From NCBI RefSeq assembly GCF_009914755.1, contig NC_060929.1: a stretch of DNA of 64,000 bases. One strand, given 5' to 3'. Under the pieces are notes generated by a model. The model searched no databases, had not been told where the DNA came from, and saw only the letters and a program-made list of their open reading frames with translations. The DNA comes from the human T2T-CHM13v2.0 reference genome, Homo sapiens. This document shows, in pieces, positions 13,519 to 27,849 of the stretch. A program made the position numbers and the translations under genes. Each line of letters begins with the position of its first letter. The first letter of the stretch is position 1.

Positions 13519-15789
13519 AAAACTAAATGAAAATAAAACCTAAATGAAAAAAGAGAAATAAACAACTACAGCACCAATCCTACAGTCTCTTGTTACTCCT
13601 GAGTCTCAGTGAGTTGTGAGCCTATTTTTAGTCAATACTAAATTTTTCAAACTACTTGAAGCAGCGTAATATCTTAAAATAAACCAGTGGATGATTGCAC
13701 AGTAATAGATTTTAATTTTATTTTTAAGCTTCAATTTAGAAAGTTAGCTTTGGTCTCAGGAGAGAAAAGTGTATGAATTATGTAAATAGAGCTGGGCCTA
13801 GAGCAGCCATGGGGAAGTCACTTTCCCTCCTTGGGATGAAAGTTCCTTATCTATAAAAGGAGTACATTTGATTAGATGCTTCTCTAAAGTCCTCGTCCTC
13901 AGTATTTATTCATAATCCCTGATATAACCAAGGTTACACTGTCAATATCCTAATCTAAGAGCCACTTTCTTTATAAATGAATATTTTTCTAGAATGTTTT
14001 TCCTTGATCAAGTTTTCAATAAAATTTCAAAACAAATACAAAAACATACTGCTTGGGGTTTAGGTTTTTAATTTAGAGGAAGCAGTTTTCCCCCCTATCT
14101 ATTTTGTTCTTAGTGATATGTTATTATACACATTAAACAAAAATGTTAACCAAAAATGATAACCTATTTTCTTTCCATTGTGATTCTGGAACATTTGTAT
14201 GCTGTGTTAAAAATCACACATTTGGATTTTAAATTCCAAGGTTGTGTTCACACTATCTAGCAGGGAGATAGTTTTTAAGGGGCGGAGGGAGATGGCATAG
14301 AGAAGTTCTGTGAAATCAAAGGAAAATTGTCTGGTTTCAAGGTGACACATGTCATTTCTGCTTATGTTCCATTGGCGAGAACTAGTTGCATATTCCCATA
14401 GAGATGAACTGAGGTTGGGAAATGTAGCTCAATTTTGGGTTAGGAAAGGACAATGGATTTTATGACTTTCTAGCATCTATGCAATATACACAATGGTATT
14501 TTATTTCTCACAAGAAGCTTCTGAGAAAGATATTCTTTTTCCATTTGATAGATGAGGAAACTAAGGTTTAGATGGGCTAAGTTATTTGTTCAAGGATATT
14601 CAATGGGTAGAGTTATTTATTCAGATCCACAATTTTTACTCCATAAAGAAATGAATTAAAATAAAAACTATTCCTAAGCTTGATTATAGCTATTTTTACA
14701 GAGACATGCAACAATGAAGTATTAGCACTTAATATGGTAGCCATATATATGAATCAACAATATGTTAACCTGTAGGAATACCAGTTATCTTTAGATACAG
14801 CAAAAGTATAAAGTGAGAAACTTAATTTAGCAATTATATCGTTTCATTTTTCATAAAAGTTATTTACTGCTTATGAGATAGTATTATTTACTAGTTAAGT
14901 GGTCATTACTACTCACAAGTTAAGTGGATCTGCACAAGACCATTCAAATCTGACTGTAATTCAAAAATTGTTGAATCCAGTGTATTTCTGAAAACTTGTT
15001 CTTTGAAAAAAATCAATTTGAGAGAATATATAATGAAAGGTTTGCATGACTACTATTTACGATAAATTTTAAGATTAATATTTTTGACAGTCTATCAAAA
15101 CCAACCAGATCAAAAAAGCATTTTTTTTTTAATCCAAGTTGTTGGTATTTTCTAACCCAGCTGAAAATCCTATTTTGCTACATTTAAGAGACATTTACAT
15201 CAGTGTGACTGATATAACTAATAGATCTCTAATAAACAGCTACTGCCCCAAAATAAATTTGAAAGACATTTTTTTTTGAAAATGCAAAAATGTGAGAGAA
15301 TGAAGACTGAGCCTTCAGAGATGATACTCTACACATAAACTAATTGAAGATTACTTTTACCCTATTTGATGTAAGTGAATGATTCCTTCATCTTATTCTT
15401 GCAGTTTCAGAAAATAATGCTATTCAGCATTGCAGATACGCACTTTTAAGCATATCACAGACTGGAAATGGGCAGCAAATAGCAATAAGGAAAATGTATT
15501 CTTTTTAAAATATTTTACCTTCTTTTCTTTAAAAGGAGATTTTTATGAAGGCCACAACATTGTGTTGCACAACATTCTAGAAAAGAATTTGCTGGGCATA
15601 CAGATTAGGGGCTGACTAGAGTTTATTTACCATTTTCACCTGCCATTCATGTAATACATTTCATTTAAGAGATCAAGAACATCTAATTTTAGTAGTACAT
15701 CCAGCAAAACAGAAACAGATAGTAAAACCCCAAGGAAAAAGGATTGACCAATATGTTAAACATGGTTTACAATGTCACTTTTTTGTTTG

Positions 15790-16097
15790 CTTTTATTTTT
15801 TATTTTATTTTATTATTATTATTATTTTGAGACAGAGTCTCGCTCTGTTACCCAGGCCGGAGTGCAGTGGTGAGATCTCGACTCATGCAACCTCCACCTC
15901 CCAGTTCGTGCCTCAGCCTCCCAAGTAGCTGGGATTGCACACGCACGCCACTATGCCTGGCTAATTTTTGTATTTTTAATAGAGACGGGGTTTCACCATG
16001 TTGGCCAGTTTGGTCTCAAGCTCCCGACCTCAGGTGATACATCTGCCTAGGCCTCCCAAAGTTCTGGGGTTACAAGCATGAGCCACCATGCCCAGCC
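15790..16097 (-). mobile_element. AluS-like, antisense
   Basis: (TTA)n tail; gagacagagtctcgctc...cctcaggtgat...cccagcc; small internal deletion near 15908. Confidence 0.92.
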
Positions 16098-17287
16098 TGG
16101 TTTGTTTTTGTATAAGGGTATCTCTGCTGTTCAAGAAATTGACAGTGCTTTACAGTTAACATAGAAAAACACATCATAGATGTCTAATTTTTCACATTTC
16201 TCTGTTTTCCAATTTATCCACTCCAAAATTAACTACTCTTTTCAGTGCACCATGTTCCACAATGATGACAAGAAGATATACTAAAAAGTTCTATTCTCTT
16301 AAAATTAGTTCTTCTTCCATGCCCACTACAAACCTAATTGTTTTGCCCATAAGCACTTCACTAGCAGCTTTATAAGATGATATCTTTCTTTAGAAACACT
16401 GGAGTACAATAAATAAGTTACATTGCCAACAAGACTCAAAGATGAAAGCTTCAGTTTAGACAAGTGAGTTTACTGGATTAGTTTCCAAACATAATTTGTA
16501 ATCTGCCTATACTCACATGACTAATAGCACCATGTACCAATGATATACTTTCATCATTACATCTATTGTTCATTGCTAAGTGGTGAAGAGTTATGTAGTA
16601 TCAAAGACAATGTGTAATTCACAAACTGTGTAACGGTTCCTTGTTAAAGAGGTAATGCAATCATGGACACCAATTGTAATCGCCTACTGATCACATTTCC
16701 TTATGGGTGGTTTCTTGTTACCAGTATTAGTGACTAAGAGTGAAGTAGAATTGGTATAAAAATAAAATTTTAGGGCTAAATCTTAAAGACCAAGCCCAGT
16801 TGTAATTTCACTTACAGGGAAATTACTCCAAAGAGGTAAAGTCAGAGCTTCTGAATTTTGACAGCCCATTATTTGACTCCTGCCTAAAGCAGGGTCTTTA
16901 GGATGGACAGAGTTAAATTTCATTTTATTTCTCAACTAATAATAAACAACTGATAATTTTCATGGGAAATTTAAAAGATTCTTATATCCTAATCATCTGA
17001 GAAAGCCCTCATTCCCATGTAAAAATAATTATGTAGAGCTGAATTATCACCTGTCTCAACATGTGGGTAATACAATCTCCAGTTTACCAAAGTCTCTACT
17101 ACTCCCTGTCCTATTTCCTATTTTTGGAGTTATGTTTTCTTCTTGAGTTACTGTTTTCATATTTTGGAAAGCAATGTGTAGGTGTATCGCTATAAAAATG
17201 GGGAAAATTAGAGATAATTAATATGAGATAGCATATGTATCTGTAGAGATGAAAAATATTATTTTATCTTTTAAAATAAAAGATAAT

Positions 17288-17426
17288 GGGAGGCTGAGGC
17301 AGGAGAATCGCTTGAACCCAGGAGGCAGAGGTTGTGGTGAGCCGAGATAGCGCCATTTGTACCCCAGCCTAGGCAACAAGAGCGAAATTCTGTCTCAAAA
17401 ATAAATAAATAAATAAGATAAATAAA
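17288..17426 (+). mobile_element. 5'-truncated Alu right arm (Sq/Sp-like), sense
   Basis: gggaggctgaggcaggagaatcgcttgaacc...caacaagagcgaaa...(TAAA)n. Confidence 0.9.
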
Positions 17427-18956
17427 GGGCAAAGAGGATTTTTCTATCACAAAATGACACTCTAAAAAATGAATGCTAAAACTATGACTTAACCAAAGTT
17501 TGCCTGAAAATAAAGATTAGGTGAATTGCAAAGAAGTGCCAGAATTTTGTCAATCTAGATCTCACCTTTTGACATTCTGCAACTGGTCTTATGTATCATA
17601 AATATCTAACATAAGCAATGTTAAGTTCATTCAGTTTATCTCTACTGTCCACTTTCATGGAAGATGGATTTTGAATAAAAATAAAATTGCAAAGTTCTAT
17701 ATATGGACATCTGTGCCTGTAGTCTTCACCGTCTTTTAGTTTCTTTTCCAACTCACATGTAAGCAGCTAAAAGCTTTGTTGCCGTTTTTGGTTTGTTGCC
17801 GTTTTGCTTTGTTGTCGTTTTGCTTTGTTGCCATTGTCTTGCACATTAGCAGTCTTGCATTGTCAATCAAACTGATACTTTGTCCCTTTGTAGTTTTCTG
17901 AAGATCTACATAGTTAATGTTCTGCAATAAAATCCTATTCTTTACTTACTTTGATAAAATGAGGCAGCTGTGTATAGAGCTCTGCATACCCTATGATTCC
18001 CATTTAAAGGTTTCCATTTTGGTTGTGGTATCATGTAGCTGAATGACCTTAAGGAAGTCATTTTCTCTTTGAACCTGCAATTTCTTCATCTCAAAACAAA
18101 TAAAAATCAGACTAGACTGATTTTGAAGGTTTACTTCACTCCTGAAACACTGTGTCATATTTCCTGGTATTTAACATCTCTGTTACGAAGCAAACATATG
18201 GTGGGTATTTGCGTTCTCTATGTCCCCTAGAATTCCTAACAAAACTTTTATCATGTTTTCTTATTATGTCACATTCAGAAATTAACAGATTTACTTTGTC
18301 TGTCCCGTGTGGAGATCTTAGGTGAGGGAAGGGGACCAGGGTGTTGCCATAGAGATGGTTGATAAGTTAGCTAAGGTCTGATAAAATGAATTCAGCATGG
18401 AAACATAGACCTGCCATGAGTGGGAGGAGCAAGGGTGGATGCTAACTGAAATTACTGTGAATGAGAAATTGGGGATGGGGTGAAGGTAGGACAGTGGCTG
18501 TGACATGGCTTTCAGAGAGGAAGGAAAAGATACTCAGGTCTTCAAACAGGAAGAAGATTTGCCATCAAGAGTGCATAAAAGGACCTTAATTTATTAGCCT
18601 ATTATTTTGTTTTTAATATCTTAATTGTATAAATTGGCTGAACTTGTATAGTCCTGTGAGTCAGCAGTCAAAATAATAATGACACCACTACCTCTAAAAT
18701 AATAATGATAATGATAATAATGACAATATGTGCTAACATTGTGAAGCACTTTCTATACATCAGCTCATTCATTTTTCACAGCCATTCCATAATATGATGC
18801 TCATTTTCCAGATGAAATTTCCAGGTACAACCAACCTTGTAGAAAAGTTGACAGAGAGGGTAAGAACCTTGTGCAATATCATGGTGTAAGTTACTGAATA
18901 GACACTCATCTTTCCTGACTGACAGTCTGATTCCAATTATGAATTAAACACCAAGG

Positions 18957-18966
18957 GGTGTGCGTG

Positions 18967-19000
<34 letters not shown>
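18957..19000. repeat. (GT)n microsatellite
   Basis: Direct read. Confidence 0.95.
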
Positions 19001-19003
<3 letters not shown>

Positions 19004-19164
19004 CCAGAAAGGATTACTCTTGGCCCTATTTCTTTATCTAGTGTGTAATTTATGTTCCTGTTATTGTTTTGGCATCTATCCATCTACCAATCTATCTATC
19101 TATCTAATCTATCCTTTATCTATTTATCTTAAGCTGATTGCATATAAGTATGGTAGAGTCAGTC

Positions 19165-19530
19165 TGTATTGGTCAGCTTAATCTAGACAATGCTATGGTA
19201 ACAAATAACCCTCAAAATCTCAGTGGATTAAAGTAAGAACAATCTCAATTGTTCTACCTCCAGTGTTTCTTTATTCTGTGGTATATCATTCTCATAGCCA
19301 AAAGGGGAAATAATAGAAGAGTAAAATTGTCCTTAAAACCTCTGCTTTGTGGGTCTTAAGTAATTTTGACTCACATTCTACTGACCAAAGCAAATCCCAA
19401 GAACAAGCCTGATGTCCATGGAATAAGATGCACAATGCTTTCACACAAAGGGGCACCAGGGAAGGCCTCTATAGGGATGGACTTTGTAGGCAGGGGAAGC
19501 AAATATCTGGATTACAAAACTGTCACCAAC
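19165..19530. mobile_element. MLT1-like (ERVL-MaLR) LTR relic
   Basis: tgtattggtcag...gtaacaaataaccctcaaaatctcagtgg...ctcacattctactgaccaaagcaaat; boundaries approximate. Confidence 0.6.
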
Positions 19531-21057
19531 AATTAACAATAGTATAATCCTTTATACTATACATGACTCACCTACCTGGCCATGTCGGAGGGGCCCAGTC
19601 ACCAGATCTCATGGAGTCTTCTCTAGAAGTAGTGGGGCAGGCAATACTCTGTGACATTTAATTCTGCAATATGGGACCATAACTTTGACAAAGACCTTAG
19701 GGAGGTTGAAAGGAATTCCTAATCACGTGAATGGGGAATAGAGTCCCAGGCTTGTGATTTGCCAGTTTTGGTTTCTGTTGGTTTTCAGATCCCAAGATCA
19801 TGTGCCAGGATAAGTTACTTTTAAAAAGAGAAAGGAATACCATACTCTCAGAGAAAATACTGCCCAAGAATGAAAATGTCTGTCTGAGAATTATCCTCTC
19901 AAAAAGAGATTGTTTTGGGTCAAGACTGTCTCACTCTGTCAGTGACCTATAGCATGATTTCTAATTTATGTAAAATTGGTTTCAGAAGAGCAGGTGAGAA
20001 CACATGATATTAACATGAAAATGATTGTAGGGTGATGGGAACAGTCATATTTTATAAACATAAGCAAAATTTTCTTTGTTGTACTGCTGGGACAGCTTTA
20101 TTAATTACAAGTCCAAAATATTGGTCCTGTACTAAATTCAATTTTACAGTTATTATTCGGTGTTAACTTCTAAGAAGCGATAAACCAGAATCATCTCCTT
20201 GTCAGTAGGAGGAAGTAATTGAAAATGATTTAATAAAGAATGGCTACAAAATAATGTAAAGGTCACATTGTCTTGATTGTTATTATTCTTTTCATGGAAA
20301 AAAAAAATCCTTAATGTCTCTAACAGTCCTGTGTAAGAGGAAGATATTGTCAAAAAGAGTAGTTTCAAGCAACTTTTAAAATCTTTTCCTGTATTTAATC
20401 TTAACAATTGAGCTACGATTTAACCTTTTCTTTAATGAAGCATTCTTAATTTTGTTCCTCTGTTTTATAGATAAAGTACATGAAGCATAGTGCTAACAAT
20501 AATTTAAAATATTGCCATATGGCTAGTTATGAGTAGAACTAAAGCTAATTAACAAGTGTAGGGGACCCCAAGCAACTGTTCTCTCCTCTACCCAAGACTG
20601 AATTAGTACAAAACAGAATTGCCATTTCATTGGTTGACATTGAATAATTGAGTACTAATAGATATTTTGGTCCTAAAAATCTGCCACTGTTAATATATGC
20701 ACAGATAAGTAGTGTTGGTAATGATATGGTGATGATAATGATGATGATGATGACGCAGATGCTAAAGCCAACTTTTGTTGAGCATTTCACATATGAAAGA
20801 CACCGTGTTACGCGCTTCACTAGAACTGTAAACTTGCGACAAATTTTTGCAGGTTTTTGAATTATGGATTCAAATCCTGAGCCAGTATTTGATTTTAGAC
20901 TCAGCCCCAGAATTTTTGTTGAGTCTTATTTGTAGGTAGTGGTGATTTGGTATAGCAGTTTTGTTTATTTTTTCTCCTCAACTCTTTTTCTGCCATCCAT
21001 GGTAGTTTTATCAAGGAAAAAAAAACCCAAACTATTGCTGTTCATAGAGGTTCTGAT

Positions 21058-21058
<1 letters not shown>

Positions 21059-21090
<32 letters not shown>
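21059..21090. repeat. (GT)n microsatellite
   Basis: Direct read. Confidence 0.95.
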
Positions 21091-21091
<1 letters not shown>

Positions 21092-24000
21092 TGTAATAAA
21101 CATAATAAAAACACGTATTTTCAAGGTACTCATGCCAATTATATACTGTAACAGCCTGATAGGTTTTATTGTTTGCAGTTAATGGCAAGAGTTTTGATAA
21201 TTAACTCTAACCTAATATGTCTAGTTTTCTTTTTATAGAAACAAGAGTGAGGTGGTAACAGGTGTATCTTGATCAAGGACATTTAAAATCCTTCCCATAA
21301 CTGGACATATTATCTCTGTCTCAAAGGAAAACTCTGGGTATAATTACATAGGTGCTGTAATAGCAAAACTAGGCTAGAAGTAAAAAGATCTGGCTTTAAG
21401 TCCCAGGTAAACTTATAAACATGTGAATATATTTGAGCAAAACTCTCTCTATATATCTATATCTATATCTATATCTGTGCCAGTAAGCAAATTGACACAT
21501 GAAATAAATGAATCATTTCTCCCAACTCCACAAGGAACAAGGCTGAGATTGTGACTCAAGTTCCTACTTCTCACTCCTGGGTTCCTGTGATCAGATTTTG
21601 TCATCGGGACTTAAGAAGGATGACAAGCTGATAACAATCTAGGGTATTATTAAAGCGACACAAAAGGCAAAATTCTGACTTTTCTGCAACTTTGGTGGAA
21701 AATTGCTATTAAAAGATGAAGGCTAAATGTGGAAAGGAAAGGATAAAGAATGCTATACTCAGAGGAAGACAGAGGAAGGTCGTATTGGGATGGCCCCTAG
21801 GATTAATGCACTTTAACGTAAAGTGAAAAAGGGACTTGTAGCATTGGACTGTTTTGAAGTCCCCAGGGGCATTTGAGAATGCTGGACCCAGTTAAATGCA
21901 GTCCTTTAAGTCATTTGAGAATTGAAAATTAAACTTTCAGATAAGGAATATAGGATGAAAGACAATTTGAAATTAGACTCCACACAGAGATATAGAGAAA
22001 TATTTAAGAGAATTATCCTTTCATATTAAAACATTCAGTGCGTTCTCTTGTCTATATGTAGGGATGCAAGGAGAATTACAAAACTCTGCATTACCTCTAG
22101 TCTCTATTCTGTCTGGGGCTGAGAGAAACAAATGCTTATTTCCTCCTGAAAACTGATAACCTATTTTCAACTTTCCAAATTTCTCTCCAGATAATTTCTG
22201 TTTACTTCAAGAGTTCATAGTTACCCAATGTTGTAATAATTATTAACATATTTTATTTGTTGAAAACTACTGTGTGCAGCAAACTACCCATAGCAATTCA
22301 TTTATAGTATATCATAATTCTCTTAAGAACTTTGAAGTAGATATATGATCACTACCCTCCTTTTAGAGATAAGTTTCTTGATTATTTATTCTGGGCCTCC
22401 CATGTTCCCAAATAGGGTTCAAGAAGGTAAATTTTCCTTGAGCAGCCCACAGTCCAATGAAATGACAATGATCGAGATGTAACTGAACTTTAGATAATTT
22501 TTATATGAATCTCTATGTGCTGAGACTGATGAAGCACCTACCTTACACCGAAGTCTATGCTTTTTACTACAACGGAGCACATCAATGCCTACATGCTTCA
22601 ATAGCATGTCATTCCCATTTTTATTTTTTTCTGAATGAAGAAATCATTGTCCTAAATATACCTTAATTTCTCAAAATACCTTAGGATATGTTTGGAATAT
22701 AATTTGAAGGTATTGGTATAGTCATAATGCTGTTTAAGAGCTATTGTAGTTCTTAATTGTGACGGTTTCAGGGGCTTACTTTAGCAAGCTGCCTACTTCC
22801 ACCCACTCCTCTTCCTGGCATTTGGAATGATCGCCCCCATGCTTGCCATGCCTAGTGCCTCTCAGACAGAGGCTGGTGGGAGAAATGTATCTGCAGCGTC
22901 CATCTGCCAGCTCCATACTGAAATAACTGGGGTTTACTTGAGCAGCCTTTGCTGAAACCTCAGACAGTGGTAAAGGTGGTGTTTCCATAGTTGTGCCAAC
23001 TTAACATTAAATCAGGTGCTATATGTTTTATACTTGCCTTTCCCTGTCTTTTACATTCAATTTTTGGCCCATGGAAGTACCAGGCACAACCTTTGCACCC
23101 ATACATCTGTCATCTGTCTGTAATTCTAGATATGATAGTCATTTGATGTTGTGTCCAACAATTCCATCTTCCCTCATTCTCTCAGGGGTTCTTTCTGAGG
23201 CCTAGGAGAATATAATATAATAGATCACACTCAAAGGGAATATTAAGCTCTTTTTGAGATTATTACTCTAGCATTGAAGTTTCATGTCTAAACCTGAGGT
23301 TATGCCTACTTGAATTCTCTGTACAGTGGAGATATTAGAGAGTTGCAGTTAGGACTCAAGAACTATAGCTTTTTCTTGACTATTCATCTTTCAACATAAG
23401 ATGTAGACTTGGGAGGATTCTGGATGCAGCATCAGATAATAGAGACGGCATGTGAGCTCTCATGCCACCTCTGCAAGCTGCATGAACTCAGGCAGTTTCT
23501 AATCTACCTTAGCCACAGTTTACATGCCTATAAATAGAAAATAAGTGTTCAATTTCTCTGACCATATAGGATCCTTGCAATTATTAAATGAGATTAAAGT
23601 ATATGAAAATGGCTCTGCAATTGCAAAGCACTATATAACTTTACAGGACCATTTAAACTGAATTATACAAGAAGAGAACTAGCCAGTTTAGATTAAGAAT
23701 TCCCATTAAAACCTGGTAGTAAAAGCCAGCATTGCTTTCTTTAACCAAGATATTATTCAATTAGATACTTTGTTCATTATTTGTTTAGTATTTGCTGAGC
23801 ACATATTGTATATAAAAGACTGTATCAAGGGATATCAGGTTCAAAGTTAAACAAGGCAAGGATTCCAGTGTTAATAAGTTTAAATTCTTACTTATTCATG
23901 CGAATCATTATAAACTGTAGAAGCTCTACGCTTTTTACTGAAACCTCCCTCTGTCAAAAGTATGGACCAATGTCTGTGGCAATTTGAAGAGTAGATGCTC

Positions 24001-27000
24001 GTGAGTCATTCCATTGCATGTCCACATACTTCTGCTGAGTTTAATATTCATCTAGAGTCAGTTGTGTTTCTGTCCAAACCTGTTAATGAATGTTGAACTA
24101 TTATTTCAATGATACAATTTAAATATTACATAAGGCTATATAATTAGGTGTGAGCTAATTATTTGTAAATGCTTATAAAACAGTGCATATTAGAAAGAAT
24201 GTTTACACTTGATCTTTTTAAAATTGATGAATTTGAGTGTGATTTGTATATGAATGATGACACTTGGATAACCAGTTGGCAGACTCTAGTTCAAAGCAAA
24301 GGAGCTTTGGATCTATTTTTTTTAAATGGTGGACAAAGTGTGCATTTTGTAGATTTTTAGTTAAAATGCATTTTGAAACATTGTATAAATTATATTCATT
24401 AATAACTTATAAAAGACTCCTTTTCACCAACTGACCTAGTACAAGCTCTTTTTGTATTTGATAAGAAGGTTTCTCCTTTATAAGACTGACTGTAGATATA
24501 ATGCCATGAACATCCAATTTTATGTTTATCTCCTTAGCAACTAGCTTAGTGCCTGGCACATAGTAGGTGCTTTTTAAAGACATGCTGGAGTTGAAGGAGG
24601 TAACTAGAAGAAAGATCATGAAGTGGAAGCATTTGAAATGAATCTTGCAAATAGGGAGAAATTGGGTTTGATAGTGTTGTGGACAGAACAGAAAGAGCAT
24701 CAATGTGTCCTCTTAAGATCACGGGATTATCATTTAATGTAATTGAAGGCATTTGAATTTCTATATCTATAAAATGTAGAATAGCTAGCAGTCAAAGGGT
24801 CATATAGAAACTATGCATGCATAAATAAATCAGTGCTGTCATTAACTTTCCAATATCTTAGTGTCACTGAAGGCAAAAGTCAGGTTTAAAAACATTCTTA
24901 ACTTTAAATTACATAAGAAGCATAAGAAAATTTGTGAAATTGGAAGAGTTCCAGACATATATTTCTTAATTCCTCTAGAATACACACAAACACATAAAAA
25001 TAAATGCTTACTTTAAAATTTGACAAGATATATATTTATGTAACTTGAACTAATTTTAAATTATTTAGAACCAAAATAAAAGTTGCATTGGCTAAACAGC
25101 GAGGAAGTTGAATACTTAAACGCAATTCATAGAACCTATATCCTAATAACTATGAGTTAGGCCTCTGCTGCGGTGTTGCACCTATTAAAAGCAAATCAAA
25201 ACAAGCCAAAAATAAACAAATTGGACAAATGAAAACACACATATACAAATTTTAAAACAGACAAAAATAACTGAATACATTTAAAAAATTAAATGATTAT
25301 AGAATTTACTTCCACTGAGTATATTAAAAGAATAGATAATCTATATAAACCGTTCGTTACACATATTATTGAAGGGTTCCATCACTAGTATTGAGACATT
25401 CAGGAATAGTCTGTTTTATACTTCAGATTATTTAATGTTTTTTATCTTCATGACAGACCACCCATTATATTTCAATTGTCTTGAAATATAATTTTAAAAA
25501 GAGAGAAAAGATGAAAGATCAAATAAAGCAAAAAAGAAAGACTTTCACAAAGATATCTCTAGATAAATGGCTTCATCAGTAAATATATTTAAACATTAAA
25601 GAAAAATAGTATTCTTATACAAACTACTTGAGAATGGAAAAGATAGAGCATGAATTTTGAGCCCATTAAAACCTAACATAATAGTCAAAGACTTTGTAAA
25701 GCAAATAAGAAAATAAAAAAAGAAGGAAGGAAAGGAAAGAAAAGAAAACATTAAAATTACCTTATTTTGTTGATTCTTGTTTATGTTTATTTTTCATTTT
25801 AATATCTCTAAAATTTAGACATTTAAGAATAAATGCTATAATATCTTGCACTATATATCTGGGAGTAGCTTCTGGCACAGTCAAGAAAGTACCAATATGA
25901 AAACAGCTTAGAATATATTCAACATGAAAATCATTGTATATTTGAAAACAAAGTGTTTAATGATAATTAAAAGATGACTAAATGTTTTAATATTCTATAA
26001 AGAGTTAACTAATCATATCTGAGAAAAAAGAAGGGATAGATATTATTTGTTTTCTATCAATAAAATCTGTAAATCATCCTCCTGATATTTTTTTTTCTAA
26101 TTTCTATTTCTTCACACTTCAAACATTAAAAGTCAAAGATGCATTTGTTTGGAATTAGTCATGGATAAGATATAATCATCTTTATTGGACTCTAATAATG
26201 TTCTAGGCATATGAAACCTTTATTTATCTAATTATCTAATTATTTTTGCATGATGATGGTATTGTCATACCACACATCTATATTTAAACAAATTTTCATA
26301 TGGAACTTGATAAGCATTAACCAATAAAAAATAATTATGCATTCTCAAAACAAATAAAAAAATTTAGTTGAGCTCAACCTGTCTTGGGAGTTACAGCAAA
26401 AAGAAAAAAGTAACATACTTGTGTAAGTGTGTGTCTGTTTACATATAATCACATGTATATTTTTAAAGACTGACAGTAGCTTCTTTTCATTGGGTATTTA
26501 CTATGTGTCAGGATCTGAGCTAAGTGTTTTATGGCATTACTCTATTAATCATTGTAGTAGCTATGAGGACTTGTGTTATTATTATTCTATAGGAGAGAAG
26601 CAGATTTAGAGAAGTTAAGAAATGTACCAGTGGGTCACATAGTGTGTAGCAAAGCCAAGACTTGTAAATGGGCCTGTCTACCTCCAAAGAATGTGTCCAT
26701 AACCACTGTGTTAATGTTTTTGTTTGTGTGTGAAACATTTAAAATAATTATAACTATAGAAGCAACATCTTCAAACGACTGGTCATCAGGAAATCTGGAA
26801 GAAAAGTGATTCTCTTTTATCCATATAAGCAAAATGCAGCAATGAATGATGAATCAAGGTGAGGAATAACTAGGGTTAAAGCAATGCTCAGTAGAGGGCC
26901 TGAGAGGCATGAGGAAATAAAGAAGCTTCCCCAGAGAGAAAGTGTTTGAGCTGGGTCTTATCATGAGATTTCAAATAGCTAAAGAGAAAAAAGGGGCATT

Positions 27001-27809
27001 TAGGCCAGGATAGTAGTATAAATAAAGGCTATATGGCGGAATGACCAAGTGTTTTCAAGTGATTGTGAATGTTTTTGTTTAAGAGTCCAATTGGCAACAC
27101 CATCTTCTTGCCTCCCATGTTCTAAAACAATAGAAAAATACAACAAATAAAGTGAGTAGAAAGTGACCAAAGCATCATCTTTTTTACTGATATTCCTGAT
27201 ATTGAAACATTTTGCATATACCTATGAGAGAAATTGCTTTATAATATTAAACTCCAGAACTAGAATTACCTATCTAGCAGAATCAGAATTACTCACCCCT
27301 AGAAAAACAGCATAGAATAGGTATGCCCTTTAGAGAGGCCCTCCCGAGAAAAAGGAATAGGAAGGAATGCGGCAATGCACATTCAGTTTTGTTTTGTTTT
27401 GTTTTTTGATTTTGTTTGTTTGTTTGTTTGTTTTCCTCCAGGGTGGAGTTAAAGGACAGAGAGAGGCTGGTAGTGTTATTCTAATGAAGTTCCTTCACAG
27501 GGAAGGAAACATGAGGAGTGAAGAAAAAGCATCCCTCCACCTAGGCCAGACTTGAAAATCTGCATTTAGAATCTCAAAAAAGCACTATTTCTTAATGCGC
27601 CGCATGACACACAGTGCTAGAGATCCAGTCCTTTATACCTAGCTCTTTCTAAATATTCCTAATAGCTAATAAATAGAAGAATTGAAATACGCTTCTGCAA
27701 AATGATGCAAGGAATCTCATAAGTCACCAAGAAAGGGCATTACCTACACATAAGAGCAGTCTCAAAATAAATAAGATGCAGTTTTTGCTGTTCTTTCTGG
27801 TATAAAGAG

Positions 27810-27810
<1 letters not shown>

Positions 27811-27847
<37 letters not shown>
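27811..27847. repeat. (TG)n microsatellite
   Basis: Direct read. Confidence 0.95.
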
Positions 27848-27849
<2 letters not shown>

